Source: an uncultured Thermoleophilia bacterium (GTDB taxonomy: Bacteria; Actinomycetota; Thermoleophilia; UBA2241). Taken from it: 64,000 nucleotides of DNA. The notes beneath the pieces are model-generated. The model was not told the DNA's origin and searched no databases. It was given only the letters and a program-made list of their open reading frames with translations. The translations under genes and the position numbers were made by a program. Of the stretch, positions 41,438 through 49,885 are shown piece by piece (position 1 is the stretch's first letter; each line of letters begins with the position of its first letter). Location of the stretch: positions 1 to 64,000 of the forward strand of contig CAVPCT010000002.1 in NCBI GenBank assembly GCA_963702475.1, read 5' to 3'.

Positions 41438-41474
41438 AACGGGCCCCGGTCGCCTACGGCGACCGGGGCCCGTT
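41438..41474. terminator. Hairpin between convergent operons
   Basis: 17-bp stem AACGGGCCCCGGTCGCC / GGCGACCGGGGCCCGTT. Confidence 0.7.
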
Positions 41475-41513
41475 CACGTGCCACGCGTGGCGCTCAGTCG
41501 CGCACGGCGAGGC

Positions 41514-42452
41514 TCAGACGGCCCTGAGCCACTCCTCGTAGTCCGGATGGGCGGCGTTGCGCTCCATGCGGTGGATGCGGTCCATGCCGTACTGGAAGAA
41601 GTCGAAGTCGAGCTTGCTGAGCGTGGCCTGGATCATCGCCCAGATGCTCCACCACAGGTCGGCGACCAGCTTGTGCAGCATCATGCGCGCGTAACGGTGC
41701 TCGTCCCAGCCGCCGCAGTACTGCTCGAGGACGGCCTTCTCTTCGGCCTCGGTGAGCGGCGTCTCCACGCAGAAGTCACCGAGGTCGAAGTACGGGTCGG
41801 TCATGCCGCCGTACTCCCAGTCGATGACCCACATCTTGCCATCGAGGGCGAGGATGAAGTTCTCGCTGAGCAGGTCGTTGTGGCAGGCGGTGAAGGCCGG
41901 CGCGTCACGCTTCATGGCCTCCTCGATGCGCGCGCCCTGTTCCAGCATCCAGTCGGTCTCCGCAGGGCGCGGCGCGCTCACGTCCTCGGCCATGCGCAGG
42001 TACTCGCGGATCATGTCGAACACGCGGATCTCGTTGGTGAAGACGGCCCTGTCGTGGTAGGTGCGCATGGCCGCGACGATCTTCTGGAGACGGTCGGCGT
42101 GTCCGGCGATGGATTCCGGGTGCATGGTCTCGCCCTCGATGAAGGGCACCACGGTGCAGTCGCCGGGCTGGAGGACGTGCAGGAGCGGCGGCGTGACGCC
42201 GGCCGCCGCCGCGGCGCGGTGGTTGCTGAGCTCGCGCGCGCGGTCGATGAACGTGTCGGTGCCCTCGCCGGGGATGCGCACGACGTACTTGCCGGCGCCG
42301 GGCGTTCCCGGCTCGCCGAGTACCGTGACCACGTAGTTGCGGTTGGTGATGCCGCCGCCGAGCTCCTGGCAGAGGACGTCCTTGTCCTGCCACTCCTCGA
42401 TGCGGGCGATGACCTCCTCGACGCTGATGGGCGCGCTGGCGGAGTCTGTCAT
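41514..42452 (-). CDS. Choline/ethanolamine kinase family protein
   Basis: 'ELGGGITNRNY', 'VVRIPG', 'CHNDLLSEN', 'IDWEYGG', 'FDLG'. Confidence 0.87.
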   Translation of the reverse strand: MTDSASAPISVEEVIARIEEWQDKDVLCQELGGGITNRNYVVTVLGEPGTPGAGKYVVRIPGEGTDTFIDRARELSNHRAAAAAGVTPPLLHVLQPGDCTVVPFIEGETMHPESIAGHADRLQKIVAAMRTYHDRAVFTNEIRVFDMIREYLRMAEDVSAPRPAETDWMLEQGARIEEAMKRDAPAFTACHNDLLSENFILALDGKMWVIDWEYGGMTDPYFDLGDFCVETPLTEAEEKAVLEQYCGGWDEHRYARMMLHKLVADLWWSIWAMIQATLSKLDFDFFQYGMDRIHRMERNAAHPDYEEWLRAV

Positions 42453-42558
42453 GGTGGTGCCTCGCTGCAGGTAGGGGTCTGGAACGGCGAACGGCCGGGG
42501 CCCTCGCGCTCTGGGGAGCATACCTGCGAGGGCCCCGGCCGTTTCAGGGGGGCTCGGA

Positions 42559-43941
42559 TCAGAGGGCCGGGACCTCGAGGCCCATCTTGGCGAGGTCGGC
42601 GCGCACGTCCTCCATCGCCTTCTGGTACTCGCTGTTCACGATCGCTTTGGTCTTCGCGTCGTAGACCTCCTGGAAGGTCATGCCCTTGTCCGGGTCCTTC
42701 AGCTTGTCCCCGAACAGCGGGAAGAGCTTCTGGGCGATGGGCTCGGCCTCGGCGCGCGTGAGCTTGGCGGCCGCGAGGCCCATCTCGGCGTGGAACTTGT
42801 GGTCGTCCGGCACCAGGGAGTCGGTCTGGACGGCCATGGCCGGGTGGCCGGAGAACACGTTGCCGCCTGAGGTGACGATGGCGAGCAGGTAACAGGCCAT
42901 CTCGTAGTGGTACTGCTTGGTGCCCGAGCCGCCGCCCAGGTACGGCAGGTTGACCATGGGGTAGCCCATGTTGCGGCCGATTGCGGCGTTGCTCATGGCG
43001 ATGGCCCAGATGAGCGGCTTGGTGGACGAGAGGTGCAGCTTGCTGTGCAGCGGCGCGTTGTAGTGGTAGGTGCCGCGGAAGACCAGGTTGCCCATGATCA
43101 TGTAGGCGGTGGCGGTGACGGCCACGCCCTCCGCGCCGCCGGCGTAGCCGCCGAAGAGCGGGGTGGAGGTGGAGCCGATATTGGCGCTGATGCTGTTGTA
43201 GAAGGCGACCTTCTGCAGAGCCTCGTAGCCCACCACCATCTCGCTGAGGAAGTCGATGAGGAAGCCGTCGCTCGGCCGCAGGCCGAACTCAGGGTAGGTG
43301 GCGGCGAACATGCTGGCCGGCTGGGAGGCCGCGGAGATGCCGTTGATGATCGGCAGGCCGGCGCGACCGGAGCGACGGATGCCCTCACGCGCGAGGCGCA
43401 CGGTCTTGCAGGCCGCGAGGATCTCCTGCGGCGAGCGCACGCGCGCGTCCTTGCCGCGCAGGTGCAGGATCGACGGCACGGACACCGAGTCGACGATGGA
43501 GAAGGACGCCATCTTCTCGACGGTGTCCATGTACACCTGCTCGTCGCTGGTGTAGATGCCGCCGCCCACGTGCACCCACGGGCGGTCGTCGGTCGTGTCG
43601 GGCCTGCGCCCGTACATGGTCTTGCGCTCGCGCCCCTCGCCGAAGGTCGCGCCCCTGGGGGCCTGCGAGCAGGCCAGCAGGATCTCTTCCGTGGTGAACT
43701 GCATCACGCGGTTGGTCTCAGGGCAGTAGGCGCCGGCCTCTGCGATGAGGTCCACGGCGGCCTCGAACACGTGGTCGGTGAGGGCGTCGTCGGTGTTGAT
43801 GATGGTCTGTTTGTCCCATTTCACGCCGTGCCGCGCGATGACCTCGCTCAGCTTGGGCACGTAGCGCTTCATGTAGTAGTCCATCTCGGACGTGAGCGGA
43901 CCGGTCTCCGCGCGGTCGAACACCTCGATAAGGTCGATCAT
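42559..43941 (-). CDS. Monomethylamine methyltransferase MtmB-family homolog, non-pyrrolysine
   Basis: 'DRAETGP', 'DDALTDHVFEAA', 'YCPETNRV', 'GEGRE', 'SGRAGLP', 'PLFGGYAGGAEG', 'GMTFQEVYD'. Uninterrupted 460-aa ORF. Confidence 0.82.
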   Translation of the reverse strand: MIDLIEVFDRAETGPLTSEMDYYMKRYVPKLSEVIARHGVKWDKQTIINTDDALTDHVFEAAVDLIAEAGAYCPETNRVMQFTTEEILLACSQAPRGATFGEGRERKTMYGRRPDTTDDRPWVHVGGGIYTSDEQVYMDTVEKMASFSIVDSVSVPSILHLRGKDARVRSPQEILAACKTVRLAREGIRRSGRAGLPIINGISAASQPASMFAATYPEFGLRPSDGFLIDFLSEMVVGYEALQKVAFYNSISANIGSTSTPLFGGYAGGAEGVAVTATAYMIMGNLVFRGTYHYNAPLHSKLHLSSTKPLIWAIAMSNAAIGRNMGYPMVNLPYLGGGSGTKQYHYEMACYLLAIVTSGGNVFSGHPAMAVQTDSLVPDDHKFHAEMGLAAAKLTRAEAEPIAQKLFPLFGDKLKDPDKGMTFQEVYDAKTKAIVNSEYQKAMEDVRADLAKMGLEVPAL

Positions 43942-43990
43942 GGCTGGCTCCTGTGGTGAGGTTCGCTGGTCAGAAGGCGGGCGTCCGGTG

Positions 43991-44638
43991 TCACACGAGC
44001 TCGCCGGCGATGCGCACGGCGTCGTAGGCGTTGGCCGCCCAGCCGTCGGCGCCGATGCTGTCGGCCCACTCCTGGGTGGTGGCGCCGCCACCGACCATGA
44101 CCTTGAACTTGTCGCGCGTACCCTGGTCCTTGAGGGCGTCGATCACGTCGCGCTGGCCGATGAGTGTGGTGGTGAGGAGCGCCGACATGGCGATGACGTC
44201 CGCGTGCACCTCGTTGGCCTTGTCGACGAACTTGAACAGGTCGACGTCGATGCCCAGGTCGTGCACCTCGTACCCCGAGGTCTCGAAGAGCAGCTTGAGG
44301 ATGTTCTTGCCGATGGAGTGCAGGTCGCCCTTGACGGTGCCCATCACGACGGTGCCCTTCTTGGGGCCCGCGCCGCCGGCCTCCTTGATGAGCGGCTCGA
44401 GCACGCCCATGGCCGCCTGGAAGGCGAGGGCCGCCTGCATGAGCTCGGGCAGGAAGATGTCCTCACACTCGAACTGCTCGCCGATGACGTTGAGGCCCGG
44501 CAGCAGGCCCTTGTCGATGACTTCCTGGGCGCTCATGCCATCGGCGAGGGCCTTGTCCACGGCGGCCAGGACGGCTTCTTCGTCCTGGTCGATGATCGCC
44601 TGCTTGAGCTGGTCGTACATGGCCTCGTTTCCCATCAC
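43991..44638 (-). CDS. Methyltransferase cognate corrinoid protein
   Basis: 'IFLPELM', 'GTVKGDLHSIGKN', 'SALLTTT', 'VMVGGG'. Confidence 0.93.
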   Translation of the reverse strand: MMGNEAMYDQLKQAIIDQDEEAVLAAVDKALADGMSAQEVIDKGLLPGLNVIGEQFECEDIFLPELMQAALAFQAAMGVLEPLIKEAGGAGPKKGTVVMGTVKGDLHSIGKNILKLLFETSGYEVHDLGIDVDLFKFVDKANEVHADVIAMSALLTTTLIGQRDVIDALKDQGTRDKFKVMVGGGATTQEWADSIGADGWAANAYDAVRIAGELV

Positions 44639-44666
44639 TGACTCCTCGTCTCCTTGGGTGGTGTTC

Positions 44667-46109
44667 TCAGTCTTCGTTCCAGACGGCGTCGCCGGCCACG
44701 ATGCCGGGGAACTCCGCGCGGATGCGGGCGTCCAGGTCCTCGTCCCACGCGGACTGGTTGGGCTGCGTGAGGATGCCTCGGGCCACTGCGCGCGCCTTGC
44801 TCTGGGCGTCCGGCCTGCCGGCCCCCTCCCACTGGGCGCGCATGTCGCGGTTCGCCACCTTGGGGAAGAGGGCCGTCGTCTTCATGAGCGACTTCGTGTG
44901 GCGGCTCTTCATGTAGTCGCCACCGGGGCCGACGTCGGCGATGACGTCGAGCGCCAGGTTCTCCTCGCTGTACTCCAGCCCGCGCACGACGCGTTTGTTC
45001 ATCTGCGCGATCTCGTCGTCCACCACGGCCTTGCCGAAGTCGAACGCCATGAGCGAGCTGAACAGGCCGCCCATGTTGAGCAGGGTCGCGCCGGCGAGCA
45101 CCGAGGCAAGGGTGTTCATGCCGGTCTCGTAGCCCGACTGCGCGTCGTTGCTGTGGGCGTTGGTCAGGCCGATATAGCCGCCGGTGGGGACGTTGTAGAA
45201 GCGCCCGAGCTGGGCCTGGGCCATGAAGAGCATGCCGGTCTCGATGGCGCCGGGCGCGTAGGCGCCGGTGCGCATGTCGGCCACTGTGGGCAGGCTCGCG
45301 TAGATGAGCGGCGTGCCCTCCCTGACCATCTGCTGGAACACTGAGATCGCGAGGAACTCCGCGTTGCCGACGACCAGTGTGCCCATGAGCGTCATGGGTG
45401 AGGTGAGGCCGGCGTTGGGGACCACCGTGGTGTACACGGGCAGGCCCTCGCCGGTGAGGTACATCACCGCTTCGGTCGAGTCGACGTCCATGGTGAGCGG
45501 GCTGACCATGGGGCAGTAGTGGTGGTTGATGATCGGCCGCTCGTAGTAGGCCTCCTTGCCGCCGGCGATGAGCTCGCCCAGCGTGAGCACCATGTGGAGG
45601 TCGTCCATGTTGGGCGTGTTGCTGCGCACGGGCTTGAGGCAGTTCTTCAGCGCCGGGTAGAAGCGGCTGAGGCTGAACTGGCCGGGAGGCGCGTCGTCGG
45701 CGAGCGTGGAGATGGAGAAGATGTCGAAGCCCTTGAGCTCGTTGATGAGGTGGGCGATGTTGGCGATGTCGGTGGAGGTGGCGCGGCGCTCGACGCCGGT
45801 GACCGGGTCGACGACGTTGGGCGCCGAGCTGCCGGTGACGACCACGGGGCCACCGTCCGGGATGGTGCGGTCGAACTGTGGGTCGCGCCCGCGGAACGTG
45901 AAGCGCGGCGGGCACAGGCGCATGTAGCGGTCGACCACCTCGGGCGGGAAGGTGACGATGCCCTCGTCCGAGACGGCGCAGCCGTGCGTCTTGAAGACCT
46001 CGCGGGCCTTGGGGTGATGCGCGAGGATACCCACGTTCTCGAGCACCCAGAGGGACGCCTCGTGGACGCGCGCCACCTGCTCTGCGCTGAGCAACTCTGC
46101 GTACTTCAT
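44667..46109 (-). CDS. MttB-superfamily methyltransferase, non-pyrrolysine
   Basis: 'VHEASLWVLENVG', 'SPL', 'GLTSPMTL', 'DMRTGAYAPGAIE', 'DAQSGYE', 'VGPGG.Y'. No TAG. Confidence 0.9.
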   Translation of the reverse strand: MKYAELLSAEQVARVHEASLWVLENVGILAHHPKAREVFKTHGCAVSDEGIVTFPPEVVDRYMRLCPPRFTFRGRDPQFDRTIPDGGPVVVTGSSAPNVVDPVTGVERRATSTDIANIAHLINELKGFDIFSISTLADDAPPGQFSLSRFYPALKNCLKPVRSNTPNMDDLHMVLTLGELIAGGKEAYYERPIINHHYCPMVSPLTMDVDSTEAVMYLTGEGLPVYTTVVPNAGLTSPMTLMGTLVVGNAEFLAISVFQQMVREGTPLIYASLPTVADMRTGAYAPGAIETGMLFMAQAQLGRFYNVPTGGYIGLTNAHSNDAQSGYETGMNTLASVLAGATLLNMGGLFSSLMAFDFGKAVVDDEIAQMNKRVVRGLEYSEENLALDVIADVGPGGDYMKSRHTKSLMKTTALFPKVANRDMRAQWEGAGRPDAQSKARAVARGILTQPNQSAWDEDLDARIRAEFPGIVAGDAVWNED

Positions 46110-46151
46110 GTGGACCAGACCCTCCCCTTGCGAGTGATCAGATAGAGACGC

Positions 46152-46934
46152 TCACGCGGACACCACGCGGAGCCCGCGGCGGAGCATCTCGTCGCGCACG
46201 TCGTCGTCGACGTCGTCGACGACGACGGTCTGGACGTCGCTGAGGCCGCAGATGACGAAGTCGCCGACTGCTCCCAGCTTGCTGCGGTCGGCGAGGACGA
46301 CGACCTCACCGCGCGTCTGGCGGATCATGGCGCGCTCCACGCCGGCGATGCCGATGCTGGCGGTGGTGACGCCCTCCTCGAGGCTGAGGCCGTCGGCGCC
46401 CAGGATGAAGCGGGACGCGTGCAGGGTGGAGACGGCCTCGATGGCCATGGGGCCCTCGAGGGTATTGCTGCGCGGCCTGAAGATGCCGCCCAGCATGATG
46501 ACGTCCAGGGACGAGTCCTGGGCGGTGGTGAGGGCGCCCACGTTGCCGGTCACGATGCGCGCGCTGGTCTGCGGGTCGACATGCGCGAGCACCTGCGCGG
46601 CCGTCGTGCCGGAGCCCAGAAAGACGGTCTCACCCGGGGCGATCATGGTGGCGGCGGCACGCGCGATGCGGTCCTTCTCGAGCGTGTGCGTGCGCACGTT
46701 GGTCACGTAGCGCGGCTCCTCCACGATGTGCTGGCGCAGGATAGCGCCGCCGTGGGTGCGCGAGAGCTGGCCGTCGTTCTCCAGCCTCTCGAGGTCGCGG
46801 CGGATGGTCATCTCCGAGACGCCGAGCAGCTCGCTCAGGGCAGAGACACGTACGCCGCGCTGCTCGGCGAGTATCTCCAGGATCCGGCCCTGTCGCTCGG
46901 CCGGGAACATCTCTCGCATGTCGGGCGCCGACAC
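46152..46934 (-). CDS. DeoR/GlpR-family transcriptional regulator (3 of 3)
   Basis: 'ERQGRI', 'LGVSEMTIRRDL', 'THGGA', 'LADRSKLG'. Start uncertain (46919, 46934 or 46955). Confidence 0.92.
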   Translation of the reverse strand: MSAPDMREMFPAERQGRILEILAEQRGVRVSALSELLGVSEMTIRRDLERLENDGQLSRTHGGAILRQHIVEEPRYVTNVRTHTLEKDRIARAAATMIAPGETVFLGSGTTAAQVLAHVDPQTSARIVTGNVGALTTAQDSSLDVIMLGGIFRPRSNTLEGPMAIEAVSTLHASRFILGADGLSLEEGVTTASIGIAGVERAMIRQTRGEVVVLADRSKLGAVGDFVICGLSDVQTVVVDDVDDDVRDEMLRRGLRVVSA

Positions 46935-46994
46935 CGTCCCCCCAGGGCTGTTCAATCTTGGTGGAATCGCTCAGATTCGAACGCTTCTGACCGA

Positions 46995-47051
46995 ATCCTA
47001 GACGTGCGAGCGTGAATGTCAAGCGTTCTGACGTGTGCGAGTTTGTGTTCG
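46995..47051 (-). promoter_or_regulatory. sigma70-type promoter of the DeoR-3/mttB/corrinoid/mtmB operon, with operator motifs
   Basis: Minus strand TTGACA-N16-TAGGAT (47022-46995); adjacent GTGTGCGAGT and GTGTTCG. Confidence 0.6.
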
Positions 47052-47106
47052 CCTGAAAGAACCGGCGGGGTGCCGCCGGGCGCGAGTCCGCCGTGCCGTG
47101 AACGAG

Positions 47107-47140
47107 GACGGGCGGCGGGCCTTGCGGTCCGCCGCCCGTC
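47107..47140 (-). terminator. Hairpin after cydB
   Basis: GACGGGCGGCGG...CCGCCGCCCGTC inverted repeat. Confidence 0.6.
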
Positions 47141-47187
47141 TCGGGAGGTCCGTGCGGTGCGCGGCGAGGGCCGCGCCCAGGCCGTTC

Positions 47188-48207
47188 TCAGTACTCGGCG
47201 TCCGCCGCCTTCGTCTTGCCCCAGAACGTCTTGTAGATGTACGCGGTGTACACCAGCACGATGGGGCAGAAGATGACCGTCACGATCAGCATCACGGCGA
47301 GCGTCAGCGAGCCGGAGGATGCGTTGGTCACCGTGAGGCTCGTGTCCGGCGGGGTGCCGCGCGCGGGCACCATCGCCGGAAAGTTGCCGACGGCGGCGAT
47401 GCCGGCCAGCCCGATGATGATGACGGCCGACCCGAGGAACGACTTGAGCTCGCCGCCCGGCTTGTACATCTGCCGGATGGTGTAGAGCACGCCGAGCAGG
47501 AAGACGACGAGGAACAGCCACCCGGCCGCGCGACCGAACACGAGGTCGGACGCGCGCGGCACCCAGACGATAGTGGCCACCGACGTGGCGACGGCCAGCA
47601 CCGCGCACGCCCAGAACGACGTACGGCGGTACTTGAGCGCCCGCTCGTGCAGCTCGCCCTCGGACTTGACTGCCAGCCAGGCGGCGCCGTGCTGCGCGAT
47701 GAGGCACAGGCCGGTGACTCCCACCAGCAGGGCGTACGGGTTGAGCAGCTCCCAGAACGTCCCGACGTAGTTGCCCTGCGCGTCCATCGGCACGCCGCGG
47801 ATGACGTTGCCGAGAGCTACGCCCACGAGGAGCGACGGCACGAGGCTGCCGAGGAAGAAGGCGCCGTCCCACACCTTCGCCCAGCTCGTGTCACGGTGGC
47901 GGAACTCGAGCGAGACCGCCCGCAGGATCAGCCCGAAGAGCACGAGCATGATGGCGAGGTAGAAGCCGCTGAACGTCATCGCGTACACCATCGGGAAGGC
48001 GGCGAAGATGGCGCCGGCGCCCGTGATGAGCCACACCTCGTTGCCGTCCCACACGGGGCCGATAGAGGCGCGCACGACGGACCTCTCGGCTTCGCTTCGG
48101 GCGAGGAACGGATAGAGCACACCGGCGCCGAGGTCGAAGCCGTCGAGGATCACGTAGCCGGTGAGCAGGAACGCAACGAGGAAGAACCAGATATTGGGCA
48201 GGGTCAT
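47188..48207 (-). CDS. cydB: Cytochrome bd oxidase subunit II
   Basis: 'LDGFDLGAG', 'GPVWDGNEVWL', 'RAVSLEFR'. Confidence 0.95.
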   Translation of the reverse strand: MTLPNIWFFLVAFLLTGYVILDGFDLGAGVLYPFLARSEAERSVVRASIGPVWDGNEVWLITGAGAIFAAFPMVYAMTFSGFYLAIMLVLFGLILRAVSLEFRHRDTSWAKVWDGAFFLGSLVPSLLVGVALGNVIRGVPMDAQGNYVGTFWELLNPYALLVGVTGLCLIAQHGAAWLAVKSEGELHERALKYRRTSFWACAVLAVATSVATIVWVPRASDLVFGRAAGWLFLVVFLLGVLYTIRQMYKPGGELKSFLGSAVIIIGLAGIAAVGNFPAMVPARGTPPDTSLTVTNASSGSLTLAVMLIVTVIFCPIVLVYTAYIYKTFWGKTKAADAEY

Positions 48208-48211
48208 CTCG

Positions 48212-49606
48212 TCACCTCCCCGCGCCGGCGGGAGCTGCGGCGGGGCCGCTGCCGGTCTCCGCCGGGGTCTCGAGAGCGGCCTTGTCCGCCTTCAGCATGT
48301 CGGCCACGCCTTCCGGCCCCTTCTTTATGATGCCGACGAAGATGCGTAGCCAGGCGATGAAGAGCACCAGGTAGATGAGGGCGAACAGGCCCAGCGTCGT
48401 CCAGATCTCGCCTGCGGAGACCAGCGGGGAGACGCCGTCGCTCGTGCGCATCAGGTCCTGGACGACCCACGGCTGGCGACCCACCTCGGCCGCCATCCAG
48501 CCCATGTTGATGGCGAGCTCGGCGAGCGGGATACAGATGAGCAGCGCCAGGAGCATCCAGCGCGACGTCTCCAGGCGCTTGAAGATGTGCATCGCGAGGG
48601 CCACGAAGAACACGAGGATGAACAGCCCGCCCAGAGCGATCATGAGGTGGTAGCTCTGGAACGTGAGCTGCGCCGGCGGCCGGTCCGCAGCCGCGACCCG
48701 GTCGAGGCCCGGCACTTCGCGGTTCGGGTCGAGGCCGAGCATCAGGCTCAGGCCGCTCGGGATAGCCAGGCCGGTGGTACTCCCGTCGCTGTTGACCCAG
48801 CCGATGAGGGTGAGCGGCGCGTTGGTCTGCGTCGTCTGGATGTTCTCGAACGCGGCCATTTTCACGGGCTGGTGCTCGGCGACCACCAGGGCGCCCCAGT
48901 GGCCGATGAACGGCATGGCCAGCGAGACCGCCAGGCCCACGCCGAGCGCGATGAACATGAAGTGGCGCGCGAAGACCAGGTGCCGCTTTCTGAGCATGTA
49001 GTAGGCGCACACGCCGGCGGCCACGAAGCAGCCACAGACGATGGCCGCGGCGATCGTGTGGAAGTAGCGTGGTCCCGTGGACGGGTTCAAGGCCGCCGCC
49101 CAGAAGCTCGTGAGGACGGCCTTCCCGTCGACGACCTTGTAGCCTGCCGGCGTCTGCATCCACGAGTTGGCGATGAGGATCCACAGCGCCGAGAGCAGCG
49201 CTCCGATCCACACCAGCCAGGCGGAGATGTAGTAGACGCGCTTGGACACCTTCTTGCGGCCGAACAGCAGGATGCCGAGGAAGGTGGACTCGAGGAAGAA
49301 GGCGATGAGGCCTTCGGCCGCGAGGGGCGCTCCGAAGATATTGCCGACGAAGCGCGAGTAGTTGGACCAGTTCGTGCCGAAGGCGAACTCCATCGTGAGT
49401 CCCGTGGCGACGCCGATGGCAAACGTCGCCGTGAACAGCTTGATCCAGAAGGTGGAGGCTGCCCGATCGGCGGGAATCCCGCTCTTGTAGTAGCGGCGCT
49501 CTGCGAGCACCACCATCAACCCTACGCCGATGCTGATGGGGACGAAGAGAAAGTGATAGCCGACGGTGAACGCGAACTGGATGCGGGCGAGCGTTTCTGC
49601 ATCCAT
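48212..49606 (-). CDS. cydA: Cytochrome bd oxidase subunit I
   Basis: 'LARIQFAFTVGYHFLF', 'FGTNW', 'AFFLES', 'ANSWMQTP', 'QPVKMAAFE', 'EVGRQPW'. Confidence 0.95.
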   Translation of the reverse strand: MDAETLARIQFAFTVGYHFLFVPISIGVGLMVVLAERRYYKSGIPADRAASTFWIKLFTATFAIGVATGLTMEFAFGTNWSNYSRFVGNIFGAPLAAEGLIAFFLESTFLGILLFGRKKVSKRVYYISAWLVWIGALLSALWILIANSWMQTPAGYKVVDGKAVLTSFWAAALNPSTGPRYFHTIAAAIVCGCFVAAGVCAYYMLRKRHLVFARHFMFIALGVGLAVSLAMPFIGHWGALVVAEHQPVKMAAFENIQTTQTNAPLTLIGWVNSDGSTTGLAIPSGLSLMLGLDPNREVPGLDRVAAADRPPAQLTFQSYHLMIALGGLFILVFFVALAMHIFKRLETSRWMLLALLICIPLAELAINMGWMAAEVGRQPWVVQDLMRTSDGVSPLVSAGEIWTTLGLFALIYLVLFIAWLRIFVGIIKKGPEGVADMLKADKAALETPAETGSGPAAAPAGAGR

Positions 49607-49885
49607 CCCTGTCCTGCACCTCCTTGGGGCGACTGGCCCGCGCGGCTACCCCTCTGCGTCCGCCAGAACGCGCCCGCGCGGCTGAGCGGCACCATTTTCA
49701 CTGTGCTTATAGTGGTATGTCAATGGCCTGCGGGTTTGGGAATCGGCGGGAGGGTCCACAAGCCGATGAGTAGAAAGTATTAAGCGCAGGTTAAGGGGTC
49801 TGTTCAGTCCTGTATGACTCGTGCTACCATGCCCACGGGCCGGCACCGAACGCCGGCCGTTGTGCTGTCAGGGAGGCTGATTCGT

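Noticed and set aside
49690-49800. Rex operator upstream of cydA
   Set aside because: The region is AT-rich and has a TTGACA box, but no convincing TTGTGAA-N4-TTCACAA match.
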